Assembly (NCBI GenBank): GCA_963845755.1
Contig: CAWJTV010000034.1
Location: 1 to 64,000 of the forward strand
Reading direction: 5' to 3'
Length of the DNA stretch: 64,000 nt
Source: an uncultured Planctomycetota bacterium
GTDB taxonomy: Bacteria; Planctomycetota; Planctomycetia; Isosphaerales; Isosphaeraceae
Positions 1 through 11,994 of this stretch are shown one piece after another. The notes under the pieces are model-generated. The model was not told where the DNA came from. It saw only the letters and a list, made by a program, of their open reading frames with translations, and did not search any database. Numbering within the stretch: the first letter of the stretch is position 1; every line of letters starts with the position of its first letter. A program made the translations under genes and the position numbers.

Positions 1-1293
1 TACAGCGAACCCCGATTTGCCGGGACGCCTCGAATGGGGAGCTGGCGGCGCTGGGATCGAGGACGCGCTCGCTTTCTACGAGAATATCCTCCAGCGGGAC
101 GATACGCACGATCGGCCATCCGGGCTGGTACCGCGGGTGCGTTGGGAAGGCTCTCCACGACCCAGGTCGTGAATGCCGATCAAGCCGAGAGGCTGGTCCG
201 CCGGGCCCTGATCTCATCGAGGGCCTGCGGTGGGAAGCTCCCGAGAACACCGAGTACCTGGGACTCCAGGTCGTGTGCTCCTCAGGCTCGGGGTCTACCT
301 GGAGACCCAGGGCCGCACCGATGAAGCCGTCGCGGCCAGTGAAAAAACGGCCAGCCTGTCCGAGGTCCTCGCCCGCGCCACGCCCGACAATGTCCCACCA
401 GGAGCTGGTGGCGACTTGCCACGATAGTTACGCGAGCCCCTGCGCTCGGGAGAAGCTACGCCGAGGCCCGGGTCCCCTACGGGAAAGCCATCGAGATTCG
501 CGGGCAGCTCGACCCCCCGCCCAGTTCGTCGGCTTGATACCAAGGCACGCCGAAACGCTCATGAACAGCGGAGTCACCCTCTGGAGTATGGACGAGTATT
601 CGCAGGCTGAGACGCGGTTTCGTGAGGCTGAGAAACGCTTGCAGAAGCCCCCGCAAACAGCACAATCACATCGGCCTGGGTCGAGTTTACATGAACTGGA
701 GCGGATTGCTGTTCCATACGGGACGATTCAAGCACGCGATCGATCGGGCCAAGGCCGGGCTGGCCCTGGTCGAGGAGTACCTTCGTCTCGAGCCCAACGA
801 TGGGGGAGCCCGCGACGTCTGCCTAGACTCCACGGGAATCGTGCGTTGGCCCTCTCCGGGGCGGAAAACATCGTGAATCGGCCGACGACTGGACCCACGT
901 CATCGCGTTGTCCACGGAACCCGTTCCCTCGGGGTATCATGTTAAACTGGCGATCGAGCTGGCTCACGTCGGCGAAGTAGACCATGCCCAGGCCCAGGTC
1001 CAGTCTCTGAATCCGGCACAAGCGATCTCCGGCGAAGATCGTTACAATGTGGCTACCTCTTTTCCCTCTGGGCGGCTGCGGCCCAAAGGACACTCGCATC
1101 TCGCCGACCAGCATGCCGCCTCGTGGAATCCGACATCGCGAACGCCTTGCCGTCGCTGAAATCCGCCGCCAACGCGGGCTCTTCAAAGACCCCGCCGTTC
1201 GCGATGATGCCAGGAAAGATCCGGAATCTTGAGATCCTTCGCGACCTCCCGGAGTTCCATCGGCTCATTGAGTCGAACGGAGCCAAGCCCTGA
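1..1293 (+). CDS. C-terminal TPR-like region of a probable Ser/Thr protein kinase (5' truncated by window, multiple frameshifts)
   Basis: Fragments in several frames align to the kinase tail at 15024-16331: HQELVATCHD vs HQELLAICHQ, TLMNSGVTLW vs TLMNEGVVLW, YMNWSGLLF vs YMNWGGMLF, LFKDPAVRDDARKD vs FFRDPANRELAKKD. Stop TGA at 1291-1293. The kinase domain itself is outside the window. Confidence 0.75.
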
Positions 1294-1428
1294 ATCCCGA
1301 TCAGGAGTCAGGTCCGTCATTGTTTCGATCGCCAGGAACAGGACCCATCGCCTTTACTGTGCATTGCATAGAAAAGGTAAGCCCGGGCGTTGAGCCAGGG
1401 AACGACGGATCGAGCCCTGCTTGCCAAA

Positions 1429-1626
1429 CCCGCGGCCTGAAGGGCCGCAGGAACTCAGCCCAGGGAGAATCCCGGGGGCGTCGAAGGCCCCAAGCAGCCG
1501 CGGCCTGAAGGGCCGCAGGAACGGGGACCGACATCCTCCGGCCCTTCAGGCCGGCGGGTTCTGGCCGGTGGCCGCAACCCAGGGATTCTCCCTGGGCTGG
1601 ACTCCTGCGGCCCTTCAGGCCGCGGG
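1429..1626. repeat. Palindromic REPIN/MITE-like element (~200 bp)
   Basis: Left end cccgcggcctgaagggccgcaggaactcagcccagggagaatccc is a near-perfect inverted repeat of the right end gggattctccctgggctggactcctgcggcccttcaggccgcggg. An inner pair of ggcctgaagggcc/ggcccttcaggcc lies at ~1502 and ~1540. Confidence 0.85.
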
Positions 1627-1832
1627 AGGGCAGCCGGCGCGACACCAAACGCGCGCTGACGATCAGGAGCTTAAGTTTTCTCTGCAACGCTCACTAGAAG
1701 GGCTCTGCGTGCCGGAGTCAAAAATGCCCACCGTGGGAAGGAGGACGCGCTGAGAGCGTCACTCGAAAATCGAGCGAGCGAACCCCAAACAGAGTGGCTC
1801 ATGGGCCGAGATTGGTGAACTCCGATCCTACA

Positions 1833-1890
1833 AGCCCGAAGCGCCAGTGAGTGCATTCTTGGGCTGATGCACTTGCTTGAACTGCGGGCT
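1833..1890. repeat. Degenerate REP-like palindrome
   Basis: agcccgaagcgccagtgagtgcat ... atgcacttgcttgaactgcgggct, 18/24 inverted match, intergenic. Confidence 0.45.
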
Positions 1891-2055
1891 CGGAACAGGA
1901 TCGCGGTGGCGCCCACCAATCTTGGTCCAAGAGCCAACAGGGTCAGCTCCTTTGGTCAACGCCGCGAAGTCATTGTGACGCCGAATTCCTCGTTCCAGGG
2001 GGAGTGGGCATTCCGGCATCGGCCCCGCTGACGGAACGCGACAGGAAAATCCAAC

Positions 2056-5000
2056 CTACCCCCGCGTAATCCCCCGCGCCTTGGGCAGGATCGTGAACAC
2101 GCCGTTGTCGCCCGCGACGCCTTCATCGTTCCCATCCAGCAAGACGCCCGCGGCGCTGCTCACCCCATCCGGAGGCGCGGCGATCACCGTGATCTGGCCG
2201 CCCTTGCGCGAATGCCTGTTTCCCGCTCAGGAGCAGGCTCACCGAATCGTTCGAATCGCTGTACTGCACGCGGAACGCGACGGGATGAAGGATCGTCACG
2301 ACCTTCTTCTTGACCTTCTTGGTGGAGGTCCAACCCAACTGGTAGTTGCTCGCATTCCCCGCCGTGGCCGCGTTCATCGCCGAGCTGAACTCGAGCTCGA
2401 ACCCGCTCAGCACCGGCTTACCCGCCGGCTTTCCACGCTTGTTGAGCTTGCGGGTGAACAGGACCTGCTCGCTGATGATCGTGGGAGGCGTTGGAGTGGG
2501 CGTGGGTGTCGGGGTCGGTGTGGTGTCGGGGTCGGGCGTGGGTGTCGGAGTGGGTGTCGGCGTGGGCGTGACGGTTGGGACTTAACCCGGGTCGTCGCCT
2601 GGGCGGAGGTCGGCGTCGGCTGGACGAGGCCGAGGTTGTCGGTCGCCACGCTGTAGAAGGCGTAGGTGTGGCCGACCTGGCCGGTGTAGGTCGCCGACGT
2701 CGCCGAGGTGTCCGACTGCCAGAGCGTGAAACGCGCCGCCGTCGTCGGAGACATACACGTCGTAGCCGGCGATGCCCGGGCCGGCGCCGTCGGAGCCGGA
2801 CCAGGAGACCGTGAAGCTGGGCGTGGTCGTGGTCGCGGGGAGCGCGGCGACGGCGCTCGTCGGCGGGCCGGCGTCGATGGTGTTGACGACCTGCGGCGTG
2901 GCGAGCGGGGCATTGGTGTCGAAGACGATGCTCGCCTGGGCGTCGATCGCCGCGCCGGTGGCCAGGCCCGCCTTGGGCTGGATCGTGTAGTTGATGTACC
3001 CCTCGCCGTTGGGCGGGTCCGTGTCGGGCGGCAGGAAGCCGACGAGCGGGTTCGACGGCGTATCCAGCGTCGTCGGGTCGAGCGACGTGAACGTGACCGT
3101 CAGCAGGCCGGTGCTCAGGTTCAGGCTGGCGTCGATGTCGACATACACGCCGAGCGTGGCCGTGGCATCGACCCGCGTGCTGTACGACGTCAAGCCCGGC
3201 GGCACGTTGACGACGTAGCTGCCAAACCCGATCGTGCCGAGCTGGAACGTGCTCCAATCCAGGTTCGGGCTGAGCTGCTCGGTGACGACGACGTTGTCCG
3301 CGGGGACCTCGGCGGTCTTCTCGTTGGAGAACTCGATCGTGTAGGGGAGGGCTCCGCCGGGCGTGAGGTATCCCGCGGAGCCGTAGCCGGAGGGGCCGAG
3401 GAGGTCGTTGGGGTCGTGGGGGGGTTGGTTGTTGCTGGGCGGGGGCTTTGGGCCAGGAGGGCCGGGGGGTTTGGCGGCTTGGGCGATGGCGGCTTGGGCA
3501 GCTTGGGCGATGGCGGCTTAGGTGGATTGGACGAGGCTCACCCCATGCGGGCGGAAACAACCACTTCTCCAACCAATTCCTGTTGTCCTGATCTGGTAAG
3601 GGTCTTGTTTGGACTCGAGCCAATTACCGAACTGTGAGCCGAAGTACGCTCCAACCCCAGCTCCGTATGAGCCCCATAAGTACGCACCACTAGGGCCCCC
3701 AGCGAATTCGCCAGCCACCCCATAAGCAAGCCCGCCGATAACGCCCCGAGAACCTCACCGACGGCCGCCCAGTCAAGCCCATCGGATCGTGAAATATCGG
3801 GTCGTTCCCAGCGTACCGCCGATGTTCGGTCTCCCCACCACCGAGACCGAGAGGATCGTTCGACATGAACTGCCCCGTGCTCAGATCATAATACCGAGCC
3901 CGCATGTTCAGACCATTCCCATCGCTCGAAACCCCATACTGCCCCACAAACGTAAACGGATTCGCAATCTCCGCGCTGATCGTCGTGACCTGCCCGAAGG
4001 GATCGTAGCTATACTGGTTGACATACGCCCCGGCCGAATTCGTGATCCCGACCGTCGATCCCTGCAAATTGTAATCATAGTAGTACGCCGTCCCGCTCGC
4101 GGTGACCTGGCTGACCAGCCCCAGCCCATACGTGTAATCCGCGACCAGGTTCCCCGAGCTATCGAACTGCGCCGCGACGTTCCCCAGCCCGAAGGGATCG
4201 ATCAGGTTGTTGGTCGTCTGGCCATTGACCGTCGAGGAGATCTGATAACCAGCGCGTCATACGTGTACGAGAACGTGCCGTTCGGACCGCTCACGCCGGT
4301 CAATTGGTTGAGCGCGTTGAACGTGTACGTGGTCGTCTGCCCTCCCGTCGTGGCCGCGATCAGGTTGCCGTTGGCGTCGTACTGGTAGGTCGTGGTCACG
4401 CCGTTGGTCGTGGAGCTGGTGTACTCGTTGACGTCGTTCGAGACGTAATTCGTGACGACGCCGTTGTCGGTGACGGAGGTCCGGTTGCCGTCGGGGTCGT
4501 AGGCGTAGAGGATCGTGTCGCCGGGTGAGGAGGCGGAGGTCAGCTCGCCATCGGCGTCATAGCCGTAGGTCGTCGTCACGCCGCCGGTGGTCATCGAGGT
4601 GACCTCGCCGACCGCGTTATAGGCGTACGTCATTTGCGAGTTGATCGAGCCGCCGGGCGCGAGGTTGGTGATCTCGGTGATGTCGCCGTCGGCGTTGTAC
4701 TGGTAGGTCGTGCTCGTGCCGTTCCCCTTGGTCTCGCTGAGGAGGTTCCCGGCCGGGTCGTAGGTGTACGACTCGATCAGGTTGCCGCTGGCGTCGGTCA
4801 GCTTGGCTGAGCCGGCCCACCGCGTCGTATCCGTAATTGACCGTGAATCCGGTCTGATCGACGATCTGGGTGATGTTGCCGTCGATGCCGTACTGGACCG
4901 TGAGCGTGCCGTAGGGCTCGACGATGGTCGTCGGCAGGTTCTGGCTGTTGTAGGTGAACGACCAGTCGCCGCCGGGGCCGTCGGCCGTGAGCATGTTGCC

Positions 5001-8000
5001 GTGGCTATCGTACGTGTAGGTATCCGACGTGCCGCCGGGCAGGTTCTCGGTCGATGAGCTGGCCGTTGGTGTTGTAGGCGTAGGTGATGGTCTGGCCGTC
5101 GGGATCGGTCGAGGAGGTCACCTCGCCCAGGGAATTGTAGACGTATTGCTGGGTCGTCCCGTCGGGGTTCGTGGTCTCGAGCAGGTTGCCGTTGGCGTCG
5201 TACTGGTAGGTGGTCGTGTAGCCTTCCTGGTTGACGAAGGTCAGCGGCTCGGCGAGCGCGTTGTAGGTGAAGGAGATCGTGTAGCCGAGCGGATCGGTCT
5301 CGCTGGTCATGTTGCCGTTGGCGTCGTACTGGTAGGTCGTGGTCGTGCCGTCGGCCGCGATGACCTTGATCAGGTTGTCGTTGGAATCATACGCATAGCG
5401 CGTGATGTTCCCCAGGGCGTCGATCGTCTCGCCGAGGTTGCCCTGGTCGTCGTTGAGGGTGGTCGTCGTGTCGTCGTCGGCGTTGGTGACGGTGTACTCG
5501 CCCGGCGCGGGATAGGCGTAGGTCTCGACCTCGGCCTCGGGACCTGTCCCATTGAGCCGGCCCGTGCTCGCCAGCCGGCCCTGGGCGTCGTAGGACCACT
5601 CGATGCCGGTGCCGTCGGCGAAGGTGAGCGAGGTCAGGGCGTTGGCGTCGGCCGCGGTCGGGCCGGTCGCGTAGGTGTAGGTCGTCTTGCCGAACACGTC
5701 GGTGAAGGTCAGCAGGTGCTGGCCGCTGGCGTCGTACGTGTACGTGGTCGTCTGATCGCCGGGCTCGGTGATCGAGCTGATGAGGCCCTGGGCGTTGTAG
5801 GCGATCGCGATCGCCGAGCCGTTCGAGGCGGTCAGGCTGGTCAGCTCGCCGCTGGAATTGTAGCCGGCCGTGATCCGGTTGCCGTTGGTGTCTTGCTCGT
5901 AGTCGAGCGTGCCGTTGGTGTTGAAGGCGATGATCGTGCCGTCGGTCTGGACGTACTGGTAGGCGCCGCTGGTGAGCGTCAGGGTGCCGTACTCGCCGGG
6001 CGCATCGGTATAGCTGCCGTCGGAATTCTTGGCGAAGTAGAGCAGCGAGCCGTCGTCGCTGATCGTGACGTTCCCCTGGCTGTCGGCGCTGGCGGTGATC
6101 TGCCAGTTATCGGTCCAGCCCAGGCCGAACGGTCCCATCGTGTCGCGGCCCGAGATCGAGGCGTTGAACTGGCGGACGAAATCGAGCGGGATCGCGCCGG
6201 GGACGGGGAACGAGGCGTCGGTGACCGAGTCGAGCGAACCGTTCGTGAGCGCGTCGTTGGCCGTGTTGATCGCGAAGGCGAACAGGCGCTGGACGTCGTC
6301 GGTGTACTCGCCGAGCCGGCTCAGGTAGGTGGCCTCGCTGTCGAGATAACCGAGGTAGCTGGCCGTCGTCGAGCCGAACTCCGCGGTCAGGTTGGCGAAG
6401 ACGGCCGGCCAGGCGGAATTCGGGATATACGACGGCTGGAGGCTCGATTCCAGCGACGACCAGTCCATCGGCGTGCTGTCGCCCGTGAGGACCTGCAAGC
6501 TGAAATCGATCGAGGCGCCCTGCGTGAGCGTCGTCGATTCGTAGGGGATCTCGATCGTGCCCTGGAACCCCGGCGGCAGCGTCCCGGCCGGACCCGGAAT
6601 TCTCGATGCCCGAGGACCTGCACGCTCGACCCCGAGAAGCTGGTCTGGCCCGGCAGCCCGATCGTGGCGTTGTCGCTCGTGACCGCGACGACGAACAGCG
6701 GCGCCAGGGCATCCGAGCCGCCGTCGTTCGAGTAGGTGAGCGTCAGATAGGCGATGCGCCCCGGCCGCGAGATCGACGGCACGCTCAGGTTGTAGGTGAT
6801 GTGGCCGGGCGTGGCGTTGCTGGTCACGGTGAACGCCGAGGGATCCGTCGCCTTCTGCCCGCCGCTGGTGACCACGACGTCATAACCGCCCGCCGCCGCG
6901 CCGGCCAGGTTGAACTGGGCGAACAGCGTCGTGCTGGACTGGAACGTCACCTGCGTCGCGGCGATCGATGAACCGCCGCCATGGGGAACCAGGCTGACCG
7001 TCGTCCCGGCCGTGAACTCGGCCCCCTGGATGGTCAGCGTGGTCGTCCCCGAGTTCCCGGCCTGGCTCGGCCCGACGCTCGTAACCTGGAGCGGCAAGCT
7101 CCTGGCCGACAGAGTAAACGGCTGGCCGCTGCCCGAGCCCGTATCGCCCTGAACGAGGATGTAATACGTCCCGGCCTGGGTGTCGGGAATCACGACCTGC
7201 TGCGTCGTCTGAGTCGGCGAGGTCGAGGAGGCCAGGTTCGCGCTCGATGACGGGATACTCTGGTACCCGACATAGAGCTCGCCCCCTTGAAGCGCGGCGA
7301 ACCCGGCGGAGATCGCGACGTCCTGCCCGGCGGGCACGGTGAGCTGATAATAGAGGCTCTGGCCGTCGCCGATCGTGCCCGAGATCGGGCTGCCCAGATC
7401 GAGCGCCGGCACGGTGACCTGCACGGGGTTCGTCGACGCCAGCTCGGTGCTGGTGCGGTTCAGTTCGGGCACGAGGCCGAGGCTGTCGGCCAGGACGACC
7501 ACGTAATAATCATCGGGCGGCAGGCCCGGCACCGGTTCCGGTCACCGTCTGGGAGTATTGCCCGTTCGGCCGCGACGCCGCTCTGCTGCACCCGGCCGAG
7601 CAGGACGGAGCTCGGCGTTGAGCGTCGGCTGCGTCGAGAGATAGACCGAGTCGGTCCAGGTGCCGTTGACGGCGTTGCTGCTCTCGTTATCGACCTGGTA
7701 GGTCACCGTGAGGTCCTGCCCGACCACGGCGTTGGCCGCGACGGAGAACGGCTGCACGACGAGATTGGCCGGGCTGGTGACGGTGCTGAGCGTGATGTTG
7801 ATCGGGCCGACGACCGGCTGGAAGATGGAGAGCGCGCCGCTATTGACGCCGGTGAACGAGAGGCCATCGCCCCCGGTCTCGCTGGCATAGGTCACGATCG
7901 GGAAGCTGTCGCCGACCATCGGGGTGAAGCCGCTGGCGGTCGACGCATTCACCGAGCCGGCGAGCGCGGCGCTGCCGGTGATGGCGAGCTGGCCGTACTC

Positions 8001-10541
8001 GTTGCCCGACGCGGCGCCGCCGAGGCCGATGGTGAGCGAGGCGGAAGAGCCCTGCGTGTAGTTCCCGTCGACGGCGAGCGTGCTGCCCGCGCCGAGTCGT
8101 CAGGCTGCCGGTGTTGCTGAAGTCGCCGGTGGTCGTGAAACTGGCTCCGTTGGTGAGCGAGAGGCTGCCGCTGCTGCTCGCCAGGCCCGAGATCGCGGCG
8201 ATCGTCGCCCCCGTGCCGTCAAGGGAGATGTTCGCCTGGTTGGTCGTGATGCTGGTTCCGCTTGGGAAGGCGAGGGTCGAGCCGTTGAGAGCGTTCCAGG
8301 TTCCGCCGGTGAGAGTGCTGCTCGAGACCTGCGCGATCGTGCCTGCAGAGACTGAGAGTTCCCGAATCGGCCTCGATAGTGCCGGTGTTGATGAACTGAC
8401 CCTGAACCCAGGAGCGTCAGTACCGGTGCCTGCGGTCTTCTCGAATGGTGCCGGCGTTGTCGATGACATTCGTGTTGTACAGGTTGTTAATCCCGGCGTC
8501 GGATTCGATCAGGTAGGAACCGCCGGGTTCGATCATTAGCGTCGTCGGCGTGACGTTGTCGCTGTGCAGGCCGAAATTCCCCGTCCCGCTCTGGATGATG
8601 GTGCCGTAGTCGAACAAGGTCCCGTCGGCGTAGATCTGCGTTTGGTTGGAACCCGAGAGATTGATGGTACCCAGGTTCGTCGCATCGCCTCCGGTCAGTT
8701 CCATCGCTCCGTCGGTCCATTGGAACAGATTTTCCGGAAAGTCCAGGGTAACCCCTCCCACGCCCACAGTGAACGTGCCTCCGCTGAACTGAATCGTACC
8801 GCTCCCCGAACCGGTAAGTGTCCCCGAATAGGTGACGGTTTGGCCGCCGGTGAGGTCGAGTACCGCCCCCTGGCCCACGTTGAAGACGGCACCCACATAA
8901 GTTCCACCAGTCAGTTCAACATTGTCGCCTTGAGCAATGTTGAAGACGGCACCCACGTAGGTTCCACCAGTCAGTTCAACATTGTCGCCTTGCGGAATGT
9001 TGAACGTCGCATCGGTAAGCGTTCCGCTGGTCCCCAAGTTGAGAGGGATCTCTTGGGGCAACTGCGGGACGTTGATGAGGCTCCTCGTCCCTGAGGAAGG
9101 CATGCTTACGATGGTCGTCCCGAATTCGAGGTATCCCCCATCACTCACCGTCAGCGTGTCGCCAGTGAAGGTCGTCAACACCGGTAGCTGCAGTACACTG
9201 CCCGGCCCGTCCACCGTCACGCTCACGTTCTTGAGCGTGGTCAGCACGGGGTCCAGGATGGCCCCCTGGTCGGTGACCGTGAGTGTCCCAGGATCGCTGT
9301 GGACGTTGAGTTGGGAGCTGAAGTCCTGCAATGCGGACAGGTCGATCACGCTCCCCGCGCCGGTGCTCTGGACCTGGAGACATGCCGAGATCTGCGAAAG
9401 CATCGGCATCGAGACCTCCCCACCGGACGATGCCTGGACCTGGACTTGTAGGGGATAGGTCGCCTGCGCCGCTATCGAGGTCAAGTTCGGCAGCGACAGT
9501 ACGCCATTGACCCCAGACGCCTGGAACGTGGTCGTGGCGAAGTTATTCCTCAACGTGTAGTTGAAGAGCGCCGGTAGGGCCAGACTAGCGTTGGCCTGGA
9601 CGTCGAGGTTCGAGGTGTCGAGATCCGCCAGGATGAGAAAGGAGTACGATCCCCCGGTAATCGTCAGATCGCTATTCGTTAGCGTTGCCCACTTGTTAGT
9701 GCTCAAGGTACCGGTGCCGTCCAGCGTCACGGTCACGTCGTTGAAGGTGGTCAGCACGGGGTCCAGGAGGTCCCCTGGTCGGTGACCGTGAACGTCCCCG
9801 GATCGCCGTAGACGTTGAGTTGGGAGCTGAAGTCCTGCAATGCGGACAGGTCGATCACGCTCCCCGCGCCGGTGCTCTGGACCTGGAGACATGCCGAGAT
9901 CTGCGAGAGCATCGGCATCGAGACCTCCCCACCGGACGAGGCCTGGACCTGGACCTGTAGGGGATAGGTCGCCTGCGCCGCTATCGAGGCGAGTTCGGGC
10001 AAGGACAGCACGCTGTTAGCCCCAGACGCCTGAAACGTGCTCGTGGCAAAATTCGCGGTTGATGTGTAGCTGGTTAGGTCAGCCAGGCTTAGAGTCGCCC
10101 CATTCTGGGCTTTGAGACTCACCCCCGAGATCGTCGTTGTCCCCGTGACCGACATCGTGACCTCAGACCCGCTGGTCGTCAGCGACCCGCCGGTCATGGT
10201 CAAGCCGCCACTGATCGTCGAGTTGGCCGCGACAGTCAGTCCGCCGCCGGAGATGTCCAACAGGCCGGTGGCCGTGATGCTATTGACCGACTCGACGTTC
10301 GAGCTGATCGTCACGGCGGCGCCGGCGTTCAAGTCGTTGATGATCACGTCGTCGCCCGGGCCGGGCAGGCCGTTCGGTTCCAGTTGCCGGGCAAGTCCCA
10401 GGAGCCGCCGCTGGGACTGTTCCACATATCAGTCGCCAGGAGTTGGCGGCGCTCCAGGATCTCCATCACCGGCAGCCGGCGATTGAGACGGCTCGAAAAC
10501 ATCCTCCCGCGTCGAAACCGAAAAGAATCGCTCCGGGACAT
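2056..10541 (-). CDS. Giant secreted RHS/YD-repeat protein (~2800 aa, frameshifted): planctomycete LExRxLL leader, beta-rich repeats, CARDB/Ig-like domains, RHS core, DPND domain, Fn3-like domain, PT linker, Lys-rich C-terminal domain
   Basis: ATG at 10541 with GGGAG RBS. Leader MEILERRQLLA. YD repeats (YDANGN) over ~4200-5900. RHS core NPFTFVGQYG..MRARYYD..GQFMSNDPLG..DPMG. HDPNDLLGPSGYG motif. PT repeat at ~2480-2575. TKKVKKK tail, stop TAG at 2056-2058. Assembled from consecutive ORF-track fragments. Confidence 0.85.
8879..9004. repeat. 60-bp tandem duplication within the RHS gene (FNIxQGDNVELTGGTYVGAV x2)
   Basis: Lines at 8881 and 8941 are nearly identical. Confidence 0.9.
9237..10053. 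repeat. ~300-bp near-identical internal duplication within the RHS gene (period ~510 bp)
   Basis: 9237-9544 matches 9747-10053. The peptide IAAQATYPLQVQVQASSGGEVSMPMLSQISACLQVQSTGAGSVIDLSALQDFSSQLNV occurs twice. Confidence 0.9.
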
Positions 10542-10882
10542 GGTGCAGGCTCCCGATGATGGTACAATGCCATTTCCGAATAAGGATCCGGCGTCGCTGC
10601 CGATCCGTCGGCGTGAACCTCGTCGATGATTGGCTACGATCGTCTTCGGACACGACTCCGCGCAAGCCAGGCTCGGCTCGCTTTGTGCCCATCCATGCAT
10701 TCGTCGTGACTTCCATCTGCGTCCGTCGAAGAAGGTCCACTATTGGTACCGCGCTGAGATGCCCGAAACGAACAAGAAAAAATGGAGAACTCGCGGTACG
10801 CCGAAAAGGCAGGGCCCGATGGCGAGGCGGGGCGACGCTTTCTTCGCTCTGTATCACTCCACGGAAATGGGGATCGGAATTC

Positions 10883-10946
10883 GGGTGGGCGAGGCTCCGT
10901 CCGAGCCTCTTCCCCACGGTCGGCTCGCACGGAGGCTCGCCCTCCC
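10883..10946. repeat. Inverted REP doublet (same family as the RAYT-flanking REPs)
   Basis: gggtgggcgaggctccgtccgagcc ... cggctcgcacggaggctcgccctccc. Confidence 0.85.
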
Positions 10947-10986
10947 GAGAGGCGCGGTCGTATGTATTGCGTGTTGGAGGCCGGCG

Positions 10987-11886
10987 ATGTCCAAGCCGTT
11001 TGACTCGACGATGCGGGAGCTACTCGAGCTAGCGCCAGCCGCGTGGCTGGAGTTCCTGGGCGTTCCGGTATCGGACCCGAGCCAGGTGGAAGTGATCGAC
11101 TCGAACGTCTCGACGGTCACCGCCGAGGCCGACAAGGTCGTGCGGATCGGCGGCGAAGAGCCGCTCATCGTTCACGCCGAGATCCTGGCCGGACGAGACC
11201 TGACGCTTCTGGAGCGGGCGCACTGGTATAATACGTTGCTGCGCCGGCGGCACCGGGTGCCGGTCTGGACGGTCGTCGTGCTGCTGCGGCCCGCGGCCGA
11301 CGGACCGGAGTTGACCGGGACCTACGAGGAGTCGTTCCCCGGCAAGGGCCGCTATCTCTGGTTCGGTTATGACGTCATCCGGGTCTGGCAGCAGCCGCCG
11401 GAGCACCTGTTGGCGGCGGGCCTGCCGATCCTGCCGCTGGCCCCGGTGTCGAACGTCGCTCCCGAGCGGTTGCCCGATGTCTTGGCAGCCGTGGCGCGGC
11501 GATTGAGGCAAGAAGCCGATTCCGATTTGCAGGAGACCCTGTGGGCGGCCATGAAAGTCTTGATGGGCTTGAACTATCCGGAGGAGCAAGTCAACCAGCT
11601 CACCGAGGGGGTTTCTACCATGATCTTCGGAATCCATGGAATCGAGGAGTCGTCGGTTTATCAGGGGATCTACGGGAGGGGACTCGCCGCGGGGCGCGCC
11701 GAGGCCGCGGCCGAGGAAGATCGGAGTCTCTTGCTCAGCCTCGGCCGCGACAAGCTTGGTCAACCCCCTGAGCACGTGGAGGCCGAGATCAGCGCCCTGA
11801 CCGACCGGGAGCGGCTGCGTCAACTCCTCCACCGCCTGCTCCGGGTCTCGACCTGGGACGAGCTCCTGGCCTCACCGAATCCATGA
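10987..11886 (+). CDS. Rpn-like (PD-(D/E)XK-type) nuclease/putative transposase with DUF4351-like C-terminus
   Basis: GGAGG RBS then MSKPFDSTMRELLE. Motifs AEADKV, VHAEI, LPLAP, IEESSVYQ, and C-terminal ..LLHRLLRVSTWDELL typical of this planctomycete/cyanobacterial family. Confidence 0.7.
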   Translation: MSKPFDSTMRELLELAPAAWLEFLGVPVSDPSQVEVIDSNVSTVTAEADKVVRIGGEEPLIVHAEILAGRDLTLLERAHWYNTLLRRRHRVPVWTVVVLLRPAADGPELTGTYEESFPGKGRYLWFGYDVIRVWQQPPEHLLAAGLPILPLAPVSNVAPERLPDVLAAVARRLRQEADSDLQETLWAAMKVLMGLNYPEEQVNQLTEGVSTMIFGIHGIEESSVYQGIYGRGLAAGRAEAAAEEDRSLLLSLGRDKLGQPPEHVEAEISALTDRERLRQLLHRLLRVSTWDELLASPNP

Positions 11887-11994
11887 GCGAGGGCTCCTCT
11901 GGGCGGGTGGGCCGAGATCGGCCTGCCGCCCTCGAATCGTTTCGCAAGAAGCTCGAACCCCGATCCTCGGAACGCTCGACGCGCGGAGCGACCC

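Noticed and set aside
1294..2055. Immunity gene downstream of the RHS gene
   Set aside because: Short ORFs here are translations of palindromic repeats with no protein-like composition.
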